Source: Centroscyllium fabricii
Taxonomy: Eukaryota
Assembly: GCA_051313645.2 (NCBI GenBank)
Contig: JBNRSN020000028.1
Span: forward strand, 67,518,001-67,582,000
Direction: 5' to 3'
DNA: 64,000 bases
Under the pieces are notes generated by a model that was given only the letters and a program-made list of their open reading frames with translations, was not told the DNA's origin and ran no database searches. Positions within the stretch are counted from its first letter, which is position 1. Every line of letters begins with the position of its first letter. Position numbers and translations under genes: made by a program. Positions 34,212 to 46,228 of the stretch are shown here, piece by piece.

Positions 34212-37200
34212 CTACAAGTTAAGTCTTGCAGGCGGTTTTGATATCCGCGTCGATCTTCGCACCGCTGGTGGTGCCTGTGGTGTTCGTGGTCGCAGCGTGG
34301 CTGGCCGTGTCGGTTGCTGTAGTGGTGCCGGCGCCGGTTGACGGAAGGTAGCTGTTGTTGTTGTAACACTACTTCTGGGTGGCAGTGATGCCCTTGTTGT
34401 GACAGCAGGGGGCGCGCTCTCTCCTTCGTCCTCTGACTCTAGGGGGCGCGCTCTGTGGATCCAAGCTGGAGGCCACGCTGTGCTGCACGCAGGTGCCGTG
34501 CGGGCGCACTGGGGTACTGGGTCCACGTGCTGGGGAGCGTACCCTGGCATCGGTGGCTGGGGGAGCGTCACAGGACGTTTTGGGGGCGCAGGCTGCTGAG
34601 CGGGGCTTCTTTTGTGCACGGGCTGCTGAGCGGGGCTTCTTGGGTGTTTGGGCTGCTGAGCGGGACAGGGTTTGGGGACTCCTGCTGGGGCCAGGTCCTT
34701 TATAGACACGGTGTCCTCTCTCCCATCGGGGTACGCTATGTATGCGTACTGGGGATTGGCGTACAGAAGGTGGACCCGTTCGACTAGGGGATCTGCCTTG
34801 TGTCCCCTCACATGCTTCCGTAATAGGACCGGTCCCGGGGATAGTAGCCACGATGGTAGCGAGGTCCCGGAAGCCGACTTCCTGGGGAAGGCAAAAAGTC
34901 TTTCGTGAGGGGTGGCATTAGTGGCAGTACACAGGAGGGACCGGATAGAGTGGAGTGCTTCAGGGAGGACGTCCTGCCAGCGGGTGACTGGGAGGCCTTT
35001 AGACCGTAGGGCTAACTGGATGGCTTTCCAGACCGTGGCGTTCTCCCTCTCTACCTGTCCGTTCCCCCAGGGGTTGTAGCTGGTAGTCCTGCTAGTCGCG
35101 ATGCCTTTGGCTAGCAGAAACTGACGCAGCTCATCACTCATAAAAGAGGCCCCCCGGTCACTATGGATATAGTTGGGGTAGCCGAACAGAGAGAAGATGC
35201 TGTTAAGGGCTTTGATGATGGTGGCGGAGGTCATGTCCTGGCAGGGAATGGCGAAGGGGAAGCGGGAGTACTCATCTATTACATTAAGGAAGTACACATT
35301 CCTATTTGATGAGGGAAGGGGCCCTTTGAAATCGACACTGAGTCGTTCAAAGGGGCGAGTGGCCTTGATCAAGTGCGCCCGGTCTGGCCGGTAGAAGTGC
35401 GGCTTGCACTCTGCGCAGACCTGGCAATTGCTGGTCAGGGTCTTGCCCTCCTCGATAGAGTAGGGGAGGTTGTGGGACTTCACAAAGTGAACCAACCTGG
35501 TGACCCCCGGGTGGCAGAGGTCATTGTGGAGAGTTTGGAGATGGTCAGCCTGTGCGCTGGCACAGGTACCGCAAGATAGGGCGTCTGGGGGTTCGTTAAA
35601 TATCCCGGGCCGGTACAAGATATCATAGTTGAACGCAGAGAGTTCAATTCTCCACCTTAATATCTTGTCGTTCTTTATTTTACCACGTTCCTTGTTGTTA
35701 AACATGAATGCGACTGATCGTTGGTCAGTCAACAGAGTAAAACGTTTGCCAGCCAGGTAGTGCTTCCAGTGCCGCACTGCTTCAACAATGGCCTGGGCCT
35801 CCTTCTCGACTGAGGAGTGACGGGTTTCGGGGCCTTGGAGGGTACGTGAAAAGAAGGCCACGGGTCTGCCCGCCTGGTTAAGGGTGGCGGCCAGGGCAAA
35901 GTCCGATGCATCGCTTTCCACTTGAAATGGGACGGACTCATCTACAGCGTGCATCGTGGCTTTGGCAATATCGTTTTTAATTCTGCAGAATGCCGAGTTG
36001 GCTTCTGCAGAAAGGGGAAAAGAGGTCGATTTGAGTAGTGGGCGAGCTTTGTCCACATAATTAGGGACCCACTGGGCATAGTAGGTGAAAAATCCCAAAC
36101 ACCGTTTAAGGGCTTTGGGGGAGTGGGGGAGGGGAAGCTCCATGAGGGGGCGCACGCGGTCCGGGTCTGGACCAATGACTCCATTCTCCACAACGCTGCC
36201 GAGGATGGCCAGGCGACCGGTGCTAAATACACATTTATCTGTGTTGTAAGTTAGGTTCAGCGTCTTGGCTGTGTGGAGAAATTTTTGGAGATTGGCGTCA
36301 TGGTCCTGCTGATCATGGCCGCAGATGGTCACATTATCAAGGTACGGGAAAGTGGCTCGCAGCCCGTGCCGATCAACCATTCGGTCCATCTCCCTTTGGA
36401 AGACCGAGACCCCATTCGTGACGCCAAACGGAACCCTAAGGAAGTGGTAGAGGCGACCGTCAGCCTCAAAGGCAGTATAGAGACGGTCCTCTGAGCGGAT
36501 GGGAAGCTGGTGATAAGCAGATTTTAGGTCAATCGTTGAGAACACTTTAAATTGGGCGATTTGGTTCACCATGTCCGCTATCCGGGGAAGGGGGTAGGCA
36601 TCTAGTTGGGTGAACCGGTTTATGGTCTGGCTGTAGTCCACAACCATCCGGTTCTTCTCTCCGGTTTTTACTACCACTACCTGCGCTCTCCAGGGGCTAT
36701 TACTGGCCTCTATTACCCCCTCTTTTAGGAGGCGCTGCACCTCAGATTTTATAAATGCCATGTCCCCAGCACTGTAGCGCCTACTCTTGGTGGCGACGGG
36801 CTTGCAGTCTGGGGTGAGGTTGGCAAAGAGGGAAGGAGGGGAAACCTTAAGGGTCGAGAGGCCACAGGTAGTGTGTTGGGGGTATAGCGTTGGGCTGTGA
36901 TTTCTGACGGTGAGTGAGGGAAGGGGTCCACCGAATGCCATATTAACGCTCTGGAGATGGCACTGGAAATCCAGTCCCAGGAGTAAGGGGGCGCAGAGCT
37001 GCGGCAGCACGTAAAAACTAAAATCATTAAACATTGCGCCCTTGACCTTAAGTGCTACAACGCAGCGCCCGGTGACGTCAGCAGATTCAGACTTTGAAGC
37101 CATAGCTATTCTCTGGTGCGCAGGGATTACTTTGAGGGAGAGGCACTTTACAGTGTTAGGGTTTATAAAACTTACTGTGCTCCCGCTGTCGAACAGGCAC

Positions 37201-37690
37201 ACCACCTCTTGGCTGTTAACTTCCACCGGCATCATTGATTTTTCCAGCGGTTGTGTCTTGCCCTGATCGATGGTCATCGATGCTAAAATTGGGTCCTCCG
37301 AGTCCTGTTGATCCGGCGAGTAGTCCTCCGGGGCCGGTCCACAAAATGGCTGCCGCCATGTGGTGTACTGTGGAGGGGGAGGCTGAGTCCAAAATGGCTG
37401 CTGCTGCTGCTGCCACGAGGGATGCTGAGTGGGGGATGGGTGAGCCCAATATGGCTGCTCCCATGTTCCACATGCGGCGCTGCCCGGTTTCGATTTTGTG
37501 GTGGTCGCTTTACAGACCTTTGCATAATGTCCTTTCTTCCCACATTTCGAGCAGACCGCTTCTCTAGCAGGGCAGTTACGTCTCGGGTGCTGAGACTGTC
37601 CACAAAAGTAACATTTTGCTGCCGTTTTCGCGTGGGCAGCTGCAATTAATTCTTCAGCCGGTCGTTGCGCCGGCGTTATCCAAGATGGGG
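34212..37690 (-). CDS. pol: Element B polyprotein C-part: zinc knuckles, PR, RT, RNase H, integrase (open frame of more than 1100 codons)
   Basis: The 1021-aa ORF extends upstream in frame through CYFCGQSQHPRRNC and CSKCGKKGHYAKVC; LFDSGS, YLDN, ESDAS, HPG...CQVC, DFKGP, HSDRG, GNGQVE. Confidence 0.93.
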
Positions 37691-38248
37691 GTCTGGGCCC
37701 GTATACGTACTCGAGTATGATGATAAGTTGATTGAGGCCATATCCAGCGCATGCCCCAGATCCGTAGTTGCCTGCAGATCAGCACCGTTTTGCTCCAGCA
37801 GTCTTTGTCTCACGTAATCTGATCTGAGGCCTGTTACATAGGCGTCTCTAATAAGGCAATCAGCATGAACAGGGGCCGTTAGCGCCCTGCAGTCACAGTC
37901 CCTTGACAATATTCTAAGAGCTCTTAGAAACTCCACGCTTGACTCACCAGGTTGCTGTTTTCTGGTGGCAAGGATATGCCTCGTGTGAACAATATTAGGT
38001 GCCCGATTGTACTCAACTTTGAGAATCCTGATGGCATCCTGGAAAGATGAGGCGTCCACAATCATGGAGTACACTTGAGGGCCCACCCGGGCGTTGAGGA
38101 GCCATCGTTTGTGCTCATCGGTCACCACGACCGCTGCATTTGCTCTGAGGTATCCATCGAAGACACTGTGCCAGTGTGTAAAGGCATTCGATGCTCCTGG
38201 TGATCGGGGATCCAATTCAAACATCGCTGGCTTGAGCATATTATCCAT
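37676..38248 (-). CDS. gag: Element B gag capsid region; one frameshift (about 37690-37760) separates it from the rest of the polyprotein
   Basis: ATG 21 nt after the 5' LTR; homologous to element A gag. Element A has no frameshift at this point. Confidence 0.85.
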   Translation of the reverse strand: MDNMLKPAMFELDPRSPGASNAFTHWHSVFDGYLRANAAVVVTDEHKRWLLNARVGPQVYSMIVDASSFQDAIRILKVEYNRAPNIVHTRHILATRKQQPGESSVEFLRALRILSRDCDCRALTAPVHADCLIRDAYVTGLRSDYVRQRLLEQNGADLQATTDLGHALDMASINLSSYSSTYTGPDPHLG

Positions 38249-38549
38249 TTTTAAAGTAGTTAATAAAATTGTGACCCAAAATAACGGCCTCGGAAGCGAG
38301 TAGTTAGTAGAAGAAACAATAGGCTTTTATTAACTACACTGGAACATGCACCAGTTAGTCGACTGTCCCCAGGTGTGGCTGGGGGGATGGGAGCAGTCAC
38401 TTATATACCTCCTCCAGGGAGGGAGGAGTTATGGGCGGATCCAACCTGGGCATGTCCCAGTCATCATGTCATAGTACAGGTATTTACATGGTTACATCGT
38501 AATACATGATAGCTACTATATACAGTGATAAATGGTTTATCACACTTAC

Positions 38550-41290
38550 TGGCCAATTTCCCGGCCTTTACACAGCCGACCTTTTCAGATATGGCAGCCA
38601 AACATGGCATCCAGCATCACATCGCTACTACTGGCCCACCAGTTTTCGCTCGAGCCAGGCGCCTCGACCCCACAAAAATGGCGGTGTCCAAGGAAGAATT
38701 CTCTGCCATGGAGAAGTTGGGGATCGTTCGCCCTTCCAACAGCCCTTGGTCATCCCCACTCCACATCGTTCCCAAGCCCGGCGACGGCTGGCGACTGTGT
38801 GGTGACTACAGGCGCCTCAATGATGCCAGCATGCTGGACAGATACCCGGTGCCACATATTCAGGACTTTTTGGCACATCTGGCGGGTAAAACAATTTTTT
38901 CAAAAGTCGACCTCATCCGAGGATATCACCAGGTCCCAATCCATCTGGACGACATCCAAACGATGGCGGTTGTTACCCCTTTTGGACTCTTTGAATTCCT
39001 CCATATGCCTTTTGGGTTAAAGAATGCGGCACAGGTTTTCCAGCGGCTGATGGACTCTGTTTTTCGGGACTTGGACTTTTTATTTGTATATCTCGATGAC
39101 ATTTTGGTTGCTAGCGTGGATGAATCTCAACATGTTGTGCATTTGCGTTCCCTTTTTCAGAGATTGGCCCACCATGGCCTAATTGTAAACCCGGTTAAAT
39201 GCCAATTTGGCCTTACTGAAATTGATTTTTTAGGTCATTACATCTCCCTGGCGGGAACCATCCCTTTACCCTCTAAGGTCCAAGCGGTCACAGATTTTCC
39301 CCAGCCCAGCTCGGTTAAGTCGCTCCAGGAATTTCTGGGAATGATACATTTTTATCACCAGTTCCTCTCCAATGCTCCATCATGCTCCCCCTGTACAAGG
39401 CTACTAGGAGCAGGACCGGCAAGGATAGTCTTCTGCACAAAGTCGGCCCTGGCCGAAGCCACCCTTTTGACACACACCATCCCGGGCGCCTGGCTGTCAC
39501 TCACGCCGGACTCCTCAAATCATGCCATTGGCACCATTCAGCAACAATGGGTTGACGGTGACTGGCAGCCCCTTGCATTTTTGAGTCGCCAACTACGGAA
39601 AAATGAGCTCTTGCATAGCATGTTCGATTGGGAACTGCTAGCTCTTTTTCTTGCAGTGCGGTATTTTCGTTTTCTCTTGGAGGGCCGTCCATTCACTGCC
39701 TACATGGACCATAAGCACGTCATTTTTGCTATGTCCAAAGTCACGGAGCTCTGGTCAGGTCGCCAACAGCGCCACCTGAATTTCACTTCAGAATTTACTA
39801 CGGATATCTGCCACGTGTCCGGTAAGGATAATGTTGTTGCCGACTGTCTCTCCCGTCCGTCCCTCCATGCGGTCCACGTTGGTGTCGATTGCACAGAAAT
39901 GGTGCGCGCCCAGTGGGCGGACGCTGAGCTGCAGGCTCTTCATTCTGCATCAACTAGCCGGACCCTAGCGGACATCCATTTTCATGCAGCCGGCACGACT
40001 CTTTTGTGTGCCGTTTCCGTTTCCACCCCAGGCCCTTAGTGCCCACCTCCTGGCGCAGACTCATTTTTGGTTTGGTCCATGGGTGCTCACACCCGGGCAT
40101 GCGGGCTTCTCAGAAACATACATCAGCCAAATTTGTTTGGTTGGGCCTGCACAAGGTTGTGCGGGACTGGACTAACACCTGTCATGACTGCCAATGCACT
40201 AAAGTCCATCAGCATACTAAGGCTCCCCTGCAACACTTTCTGGTGCCCGAGCGGCGGTTTGATCATGTCCACATTGATTTAGTTGGCCCCTTGCCCCCAT
40301 CACAGGGATTCACCCATCTCCTTACCATCATCGACCGTACCACTAGGTGGCCGGATGTCGTACCCCTTTCTTCCACCAATACGGCCGACGTGGCACACGC
40401 CTTTATTTTTTCATGGGTAGCCCGGTTTGGGGTTCCGTCGGACATGACTGCTTAGCGCAATCACCACTGGTCTGGGGACGCAGTTGCACCGCACGACTGC
40501 TTATCATCCACAGGCAAACGGTATTTGCGAACGTTTCCATCATGCCCTCAAGGCCTCACTTCGTGCCAGCCTAGTCAACGGCAATTGGTTGGACAGGCTC
40601 CCTTGGGTCCTGCTGGGGTTGTGCTCCGCGCCCAAGGACGACCTTGACGTGTCTTCCGCCGAACTCGTTTTTGGACAACCTTTGCACATTCCAGGAGAGT
40701 TCCTCTCCTCTATCATCGAGAATTGGATAGCCGGCGAGCAGCTCGCCCGGCACAATGATGCCGCACATCTTTTCCTTCCAGTGCCCACCTCTTGGCATGG
40801 TTTCCGGTCATTGCACATACCCACCGAGCTCCGCCGGGCACATTTGATTTTGTGCATCGCGATGCCCATAGGACTCCTTTACAGGTGCCATATAATGACC
40901 CTTTTACGGTGCTGGAGGCTGGCAACAAGGATTTCCTCCTCGCAGTTGGAGGTCGACAGGACCTTGTTTCCATTGACCGGCTTAAACTGGCCCATTTGGA
41001 CCCAGCCTCGCCTGAACAGTTTTCCTGGGCCCCGCACCAGGAGCGTTTCTCTGCCGTGAGCGTGCCCCCAGCGGGTCCCGTGCTGGTTCCACTTCCGGAT
41101 ACAGCTCCGGCTCCTGCTCCACCTCTGGGTTTCTCTCGGGTCTCGCCTCCCACTCCTGTGGCGCAGCCGCCCTCCAATCCTGTTCGCGGATCCCCAGTAT
41201 CTTCCCCTGCACCTGCGGCCTATCGCACTCGTTGCAGCCGCCTCGTCATTCCCCCTCGGAGGTTGACTTATCATGTTCATGAGGATTCTG
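38550..41290 (+). pseudogene. pol: CsRn1-type pol: RT, RNase H, integrase (frameshifted)
   Basis: WRLCGDYRRLN, KVDLIRGYHQ, MPFGLKNA, YLDDILV, GKDNVVADCLSR, HPG...CHDC, IDLVGPLP, YHPQANG. Confidence 0.93.
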
Positions 41291-41675
41291 GGGGGGCGTG
41301 TGTAGCATAGCCACTAGGGGGAGACAGTCTGGTCTCCCCAGGACATTATAATCCCCATTCCAGAGTTGGTCCCGCCCCTGTTTCCCCATTGGGTGGTTGG
41401 ATCAACAGTTCTGGTTCCTGATTGGTCCTGCGGGCTGTCAGTCAAAATCCCCATGATGCTTTGCGGTTTTGCGCCTTTTGTGAGTTGGTTGTGTTTGGAT
41501 TGAAACCAATAAAGACCTGTTAAAGCTTGCTCTGCGATCTGTCGACGATTTATTGATTTTAAAGAGTGGGGAACAGCCACACTATTAACACATAGGATTG
41601 AAGCATGTCTTAAAGAAGTGCAAACCAAATTAGAACAGTTTTACTCGTGAAGACAGTAATCGCCTCCTTTTACCT

Positions 41676-41800
41676 TAGATCTTGACTGTGTGAGATAGTG
41701 TAATATGGGTGATAGTGAAATGACATCTCTCCCGATGTAATATTGGCTGCCGAATTGTTATCACCCATTTTACACTATCGCACCAAGTCAAGATCTACCC
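41676..41800. mobile_element. Short palindromic MITE (left end clipped)
   Basis: tagatcttgact...gatagtgtaa pairs with ttacactatc...agtcaagatcta. Same family as 62635-62738. Confidence 0.75.
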
Positions 41801-41914
41801 TTTAGAATGTGTCTCCATTGTATTCTTTTTATTTTACAGCAGAATAATGCGCAAAACAATGAGGATTTGTATTTAGGATTAAAACAATTGAGTCCATATT
41901 GATAATAGGGTAAT

Positions 41915-42380
41915 AGACACAGCCGATCACATCATCCTCCTCCAAGCCCCTCCTTTTACTAACTTGATTTAACTGCCTTTGTTTGGTTTCACTCTTACCT
42001 GTCCAATCATAGCCAGAGCATCTCTAGCAATGGCTTCTCCTCTCACCCCCACATCATCACCTTGGGAGTCTTCTAAGGATCCATCCTTGGTTTCTTCCTC
42101 TTCCCTTGGCAACATCATCCACAGACATCCACACACATCAGCTTCCATATGTGCACTGATGACATCCAATTCTACTTCCCCATTATTTCTCTGTGGCCCT
42201 CCACTGCCTCTATGCTGTCAATCTGCTTGTCTAACATCCAGTCCTGTGTAAGCAAATATTTCCTCCACCTAAACCTTGGGAAGACTGAAGCCATCATCTG
42301 CAGCCACTGCCATAAACTCTGTACTCTCACCACCGACTGCATCCCCTCCTTGGCCACTGTCTCAGGATGAAACAGACTGA
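41915..42380 (+). mobile_element. Degraded L2-like LINE RT fragment
   Basis: ISFHMCTDDIQFYF...FLHLNLGKTEAII resembles the L2 motif FHxYADDTQLY...LNxxKTE. Confidence 0.65.
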
Positions 42381-42404
42381 TTGCAACTTTGATGGGAGGT
42401 ACAG

Positions 42405-44745
42405 CCAAAGCAGCTTTGACAAGTTGCTGCAGTGCATCTTGTAGATGGTACACACTGCAGCCACGGTGTGCCAGTGGTGGAGGGAGTGAATGTTTAAGGT
42501 GGTGGATGGGGTGCCAATCAAACGGGCTGCTTTGTCCTGGATGTTATTGAGCTTCTTGAGTGTTGTTGGAGCTGCACTCATCCAGGCCAGCAGAGAGTAT
42601 TCCATCACACTCCTGACTTGTGCCTTGTAGATGGTGGAAAGGCTTTGGGGAGTCAGGAGGTGAGACACTCATCACAGAATACCCAACCTCTGACCTGCTA
42701 TTGTTGCCAAAGTATTTATGTGGCTGGTCCAGTTAAGTTTCTGGTCACTGGTGACCCCCAAAATGTTTAAGGTGGGGGATTCGGCAATGGTTAGACTCTT
42801 GCTTGTTGGAGATAGTCATTGCCTGGCACTTGTATGGCACGAATGTTACCTGACACTTATCAACCCAAGCCTGAATGTCGTCCAGGTCTTGTTGCATGCG
42901 GGCATGGACTGCTTCATTATCTGATGAGTTGTGAATGGCGCTGAACACTGTGCAGTCATCATTCTGACCTTATGTTGGAGGGAAGGTCATTGATGAAACA
43001 GCTGAAGATCATTGGGTCTAAGACACTGCCACTGAGGAACTCCTGCAGCGATGTCCTGGGGTTGAGATGATTGACCTTCAACCACCACAACCATCTTCCT
43101 TTGTGCTAGGTATGACTCCAGCCAGTGGTGTAAGCTTCGCAAAATGTCCTGCTTTCCCTGCCCTTGTAAAGCAAAATTACAGAAAATGGACACATTTTTA
43201 AAATGGACAAAATGGAGTCTGGGTCACATGACTGCAGCAGAAGCTGTCACTTTCTCCCCAGCAACAGGGGCCAGACACAGTCTGTTATTTCAAAAGTACA
43301 TGTAGTCATAGCTCCAGACGAGAGCATTGAATATGTATGGAGGGCTAGCCAGTAGGCCAGCTGAAACAAAGGACACTTAATTGGATAATGATCAACGTTT
43401 ATTTTGGGCAAAACATCAAAATAAGCCACTTCTATTCAACCACGAAGGTTTCAGTACTCAAGTACTAGTTACACAAAGGGAGGCTGGGATAAGGCCATCA
43501 GAGGGAAATTGACAGTTTTACAATCATTTCACATTAAGTGCCAGCTTTTGTTAAACAGTAAAGCCCACCAAATTTAACAAAGACTGACCTGATTTGGTGC
43601 GAGATAAGACACTGTCTGAATTAGTATAACATAATGACAAGGAATGAAGCCAAACAACACGGCAGAGCACAGTCCAGCAGAGCACGGCAGGCCAAGATGC
43701 AGGCAGGCAACCGTGAAGGTCGGTGCTCCGGTCCACGTGCAGACACGACCCCCGGTCCGTACTGGAAGTCCACACCGTTCCCTGGCCATTGCCCACGCCA
43801 TACCACGAGGCCGGGTCCGAATTGGGGCCAGGTACTAAGCGGGACAGTTTACACCTCCGTACAGATCAGAGCAAGACTAGGCCTCGCCCAAGAAGGAGAG
43901 ATGACGGAGTAGTCGCTCCAAACTAGTGACGGGCACGACATTAAAAGATAAAGAGCTGGCGTTTGAGGGTGACTCGGGTGGGCTTCGAATAAATGGGCCC
44001 CCAACAATCATTCGCCAGAAGAAGTTGTTCCATTAAATCCTTACGAGGACAAGCTAATTCCATGGTAGTCGGAAAACCATGAGGCGCCCAGCCGTGAGGG
44101 ATGAGAAGTTTGTGTGAGACATACACGCTGCAGCCCCATTGACCATGTGAGGACGGAAAGCCTGAAAGACCAGAGCCAAAACTCAAAACCTTGTTGCATT
44201 AAACCTAGGCTGGTGAGCATGAAATCTGACCCTTGGTAGCTGACCTAGGTTAGGTATAGGTATAGCGGGGTGGGAATTAAGGTTAAGGGATTGCTAAAAT
44301 TGTCATTCATATCCCTCGATGTGTCGTGCGCTTCCCAAACCTGTACCAATGTATAGCGATTGAATTGTTTTACCTGTAGTGTACCATTGATAATTTTCTT
44401 CTCATTAAAACCTTTAAGTTTGTTTGACTCACACAAGTCGTCTGTCTACCTGTGTTATTGCACCACCAGTAGTCTGGCAATAAGCCCAGTGTTCAGAATC
44501 AGGAGTGGGAGTAGGAGTGCTTTGAAACCGCTCACGGGCAGGTACGGGCCAAACCGACCTCGCGCACCACCCAGCCAAACCCCCTACAGTGGAGAGTTTC
44601 CCCCCAATTCTCAATGACTTCAGTTTTACTAGGGCTCCTTTGATGACACTCAGTTAAATGCTGCCTTGATGTCAAGGGCAGTCACTCTCACCTCACCTCT
44701 GGAATTCAGCTCCTTAGTCCATGTTTGGAGCAAAGCTGTCATGAA
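42405..44745 (-). mobile_element. Degraded non-LTR retrotransposon RT (CR1-group, Zenon-like), split by a 1.46-kb solo LTR
   Basis: WLESYLAQRKMVVVVEGQSS...AGVPQ, MQQDLDDIQAW, IYKAQVRSVMEYS. The sequence resumes at 44589. Confidence 0.75.
43129..44588 (+). mobile_element. Large solo LTR (1460 bp)
   Basis: TGTAAG...CCTACA ends, 4-bp TSD GTGG (43125-43128 / 44589-44592), ATTAAA at about 44405 followed by a GT-rich tract, no recognisable coding domain. Confidence 0.78.
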
Positions 44746-46228
44746 TCACCAAAACAGCAAACTGTTTCTGTTTGATGCAGTGCGTAAGCAGTGTTTTCTT
44801 TCTCAGGCCATTAATTCCAATTTGTGTAATTACTGACATGCTCTCTTTAGAGGTTTCTATTTTTCAACCCAAAGGTTTTAACAAGAACATTATCTGGAAC
44901 CTTGTAGTTGTTCCTTGGTTCACTGACCATTCTGACCACAATAGTTGCAGCCAAGCATTTTCATTCGGACTCAGTTTCGTTTTTGCTTGATTTGTTTCTC
45001 AGAGAAAATTATTGATCTGGCTGCACATTACACAATGGTATTTTTCTTTCAAAGTGAAAGTTAAGCAATTCGCTGAAGTAGAGTTTCTGCTTTAGGCGCA
45101 GTCAGCAATCAAGGTGCAAATTGTGCCCAAAATTATGCCCGTTTTGAAGTATATTTTTTCTTCAGTTTCCGCTCAAACTCATTTGCATATAGCCAAATGC
45201 AAAACCTGCCAGGAACCAGCACAACCAGGCAGCGTTTTAAAATGTAATTTAAAAAAAATTGCTTTAAGAAAATATTTCTTGATATATTTAAGAGGAGTAA
45301 CTTGGTGCAGTTTGATTAATACAGCTGAAAATGGGTTTATCATAAAAAATAAGCATTTTAATGACAATATCAATCCACCACCTGTGAGTAACCTAATTTT
45401 AAATTGCTACAATTACTTAAAAATATACCAGAACTATTTCCTAGTTATATTGGGGTACAGTAGTCAATTTCTTAGTAAATTAAAAAAATGACATTCAAAA
45501 GCTTTTAAAACATGCTAGATATTAACTGGGATAAAATTAGTGTGAAGGGTATAGAAGGTGCAGAATTCCTAAAATGCATCCAAGAGAACTTTTTTAGCCA
45601 GTATGTAGCAAACCCAACAAGGTAGGGGGTGGTTCTGGACTTAGTTTTAGGGAATGAAGCTGGGCAGGTAGAAGGCGTATCACTGGGGGGAGCATTTTGG
45701 TGCTCGTGACCATCATTCAGTTAGATGTTAGGTAGTTATGAAAAAGGACAAAGGTAAACAAGGAAGAAAAATTCTAAATTGGGGAAAAGCAAATTTTGCT
45801 AAGCTCAGAGGGGATTTAGCCATAGTGGACTGGAAACAGCTACTTGAGGGTAAATCAGTGTCAGAGCAGTGGGAGGCATTCAAGGAGGAGATCCAGAGGG
45901 TTCAGAAGAAATGTGTGCCCTTAAAGAAAAAAGGTGGAACTAACAAATCTAGAGCCCCCTGGATGTCTAGAGACATGGGGGGAATTTTCGTGTAATGGCG
46001 GGAAACTGGCGGGAATAGGGCGGGCCGGGTTTTTGGCCCGCCCAATTAAGTGGCGCGGTTTCCCACGCAATTTTCTGGCAACCATCCAATTAATTCCCCA
46101 CATGTGGGAAGCCTTCCCAATCACCGATTTCCAGTCAGAAAGTCGCACAGTATGACGTCAGGATTCGGGTTTTCTTTAAAAAACAGCTCGCCTCCCGCAC
46201 TGCTCAGAGTTCTGCATCCTTCAACAGG

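Larger units (their letters stand above)
33827..38544 (-). mobile_element. Ty3/Gypsy LTR retrotransposon 'B' (4.7 kb, near intact, no tRNA PBS)
   Basis: 275-bp LTRs at 38270-38544 (5') and 33827-34101 (3'), about 5 differences; TSD CTTAC (33822-33826 / 38545-38549); PPT AAAGAAGGGGTGAA. Confidence 0.97.
32382..41581 (+). mobile_element. CsRn1-clade Ty3/Gypsy LTR retrotransposon, interrupted by element B
   Basis: LTRs at 32382-32669 and 41301-41581, 4-bp TSD CTAT, PBS TGGTGACCCCGA, gag LPAFW...WFLQAEAQF with the CHCC motif CYYHTRFGLKAHCCRPPC, PPT GGGGGGG. Confidence 0.93.

Noticed and set aside
37676-37760. Programmed -1 frameshift between gag and pol in element B
   Set aside because: There is no clear slippery heptamer, the shift lies before the zinc knuckles, and element A is continuous here. 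It is more likely a 1-nt deletion.
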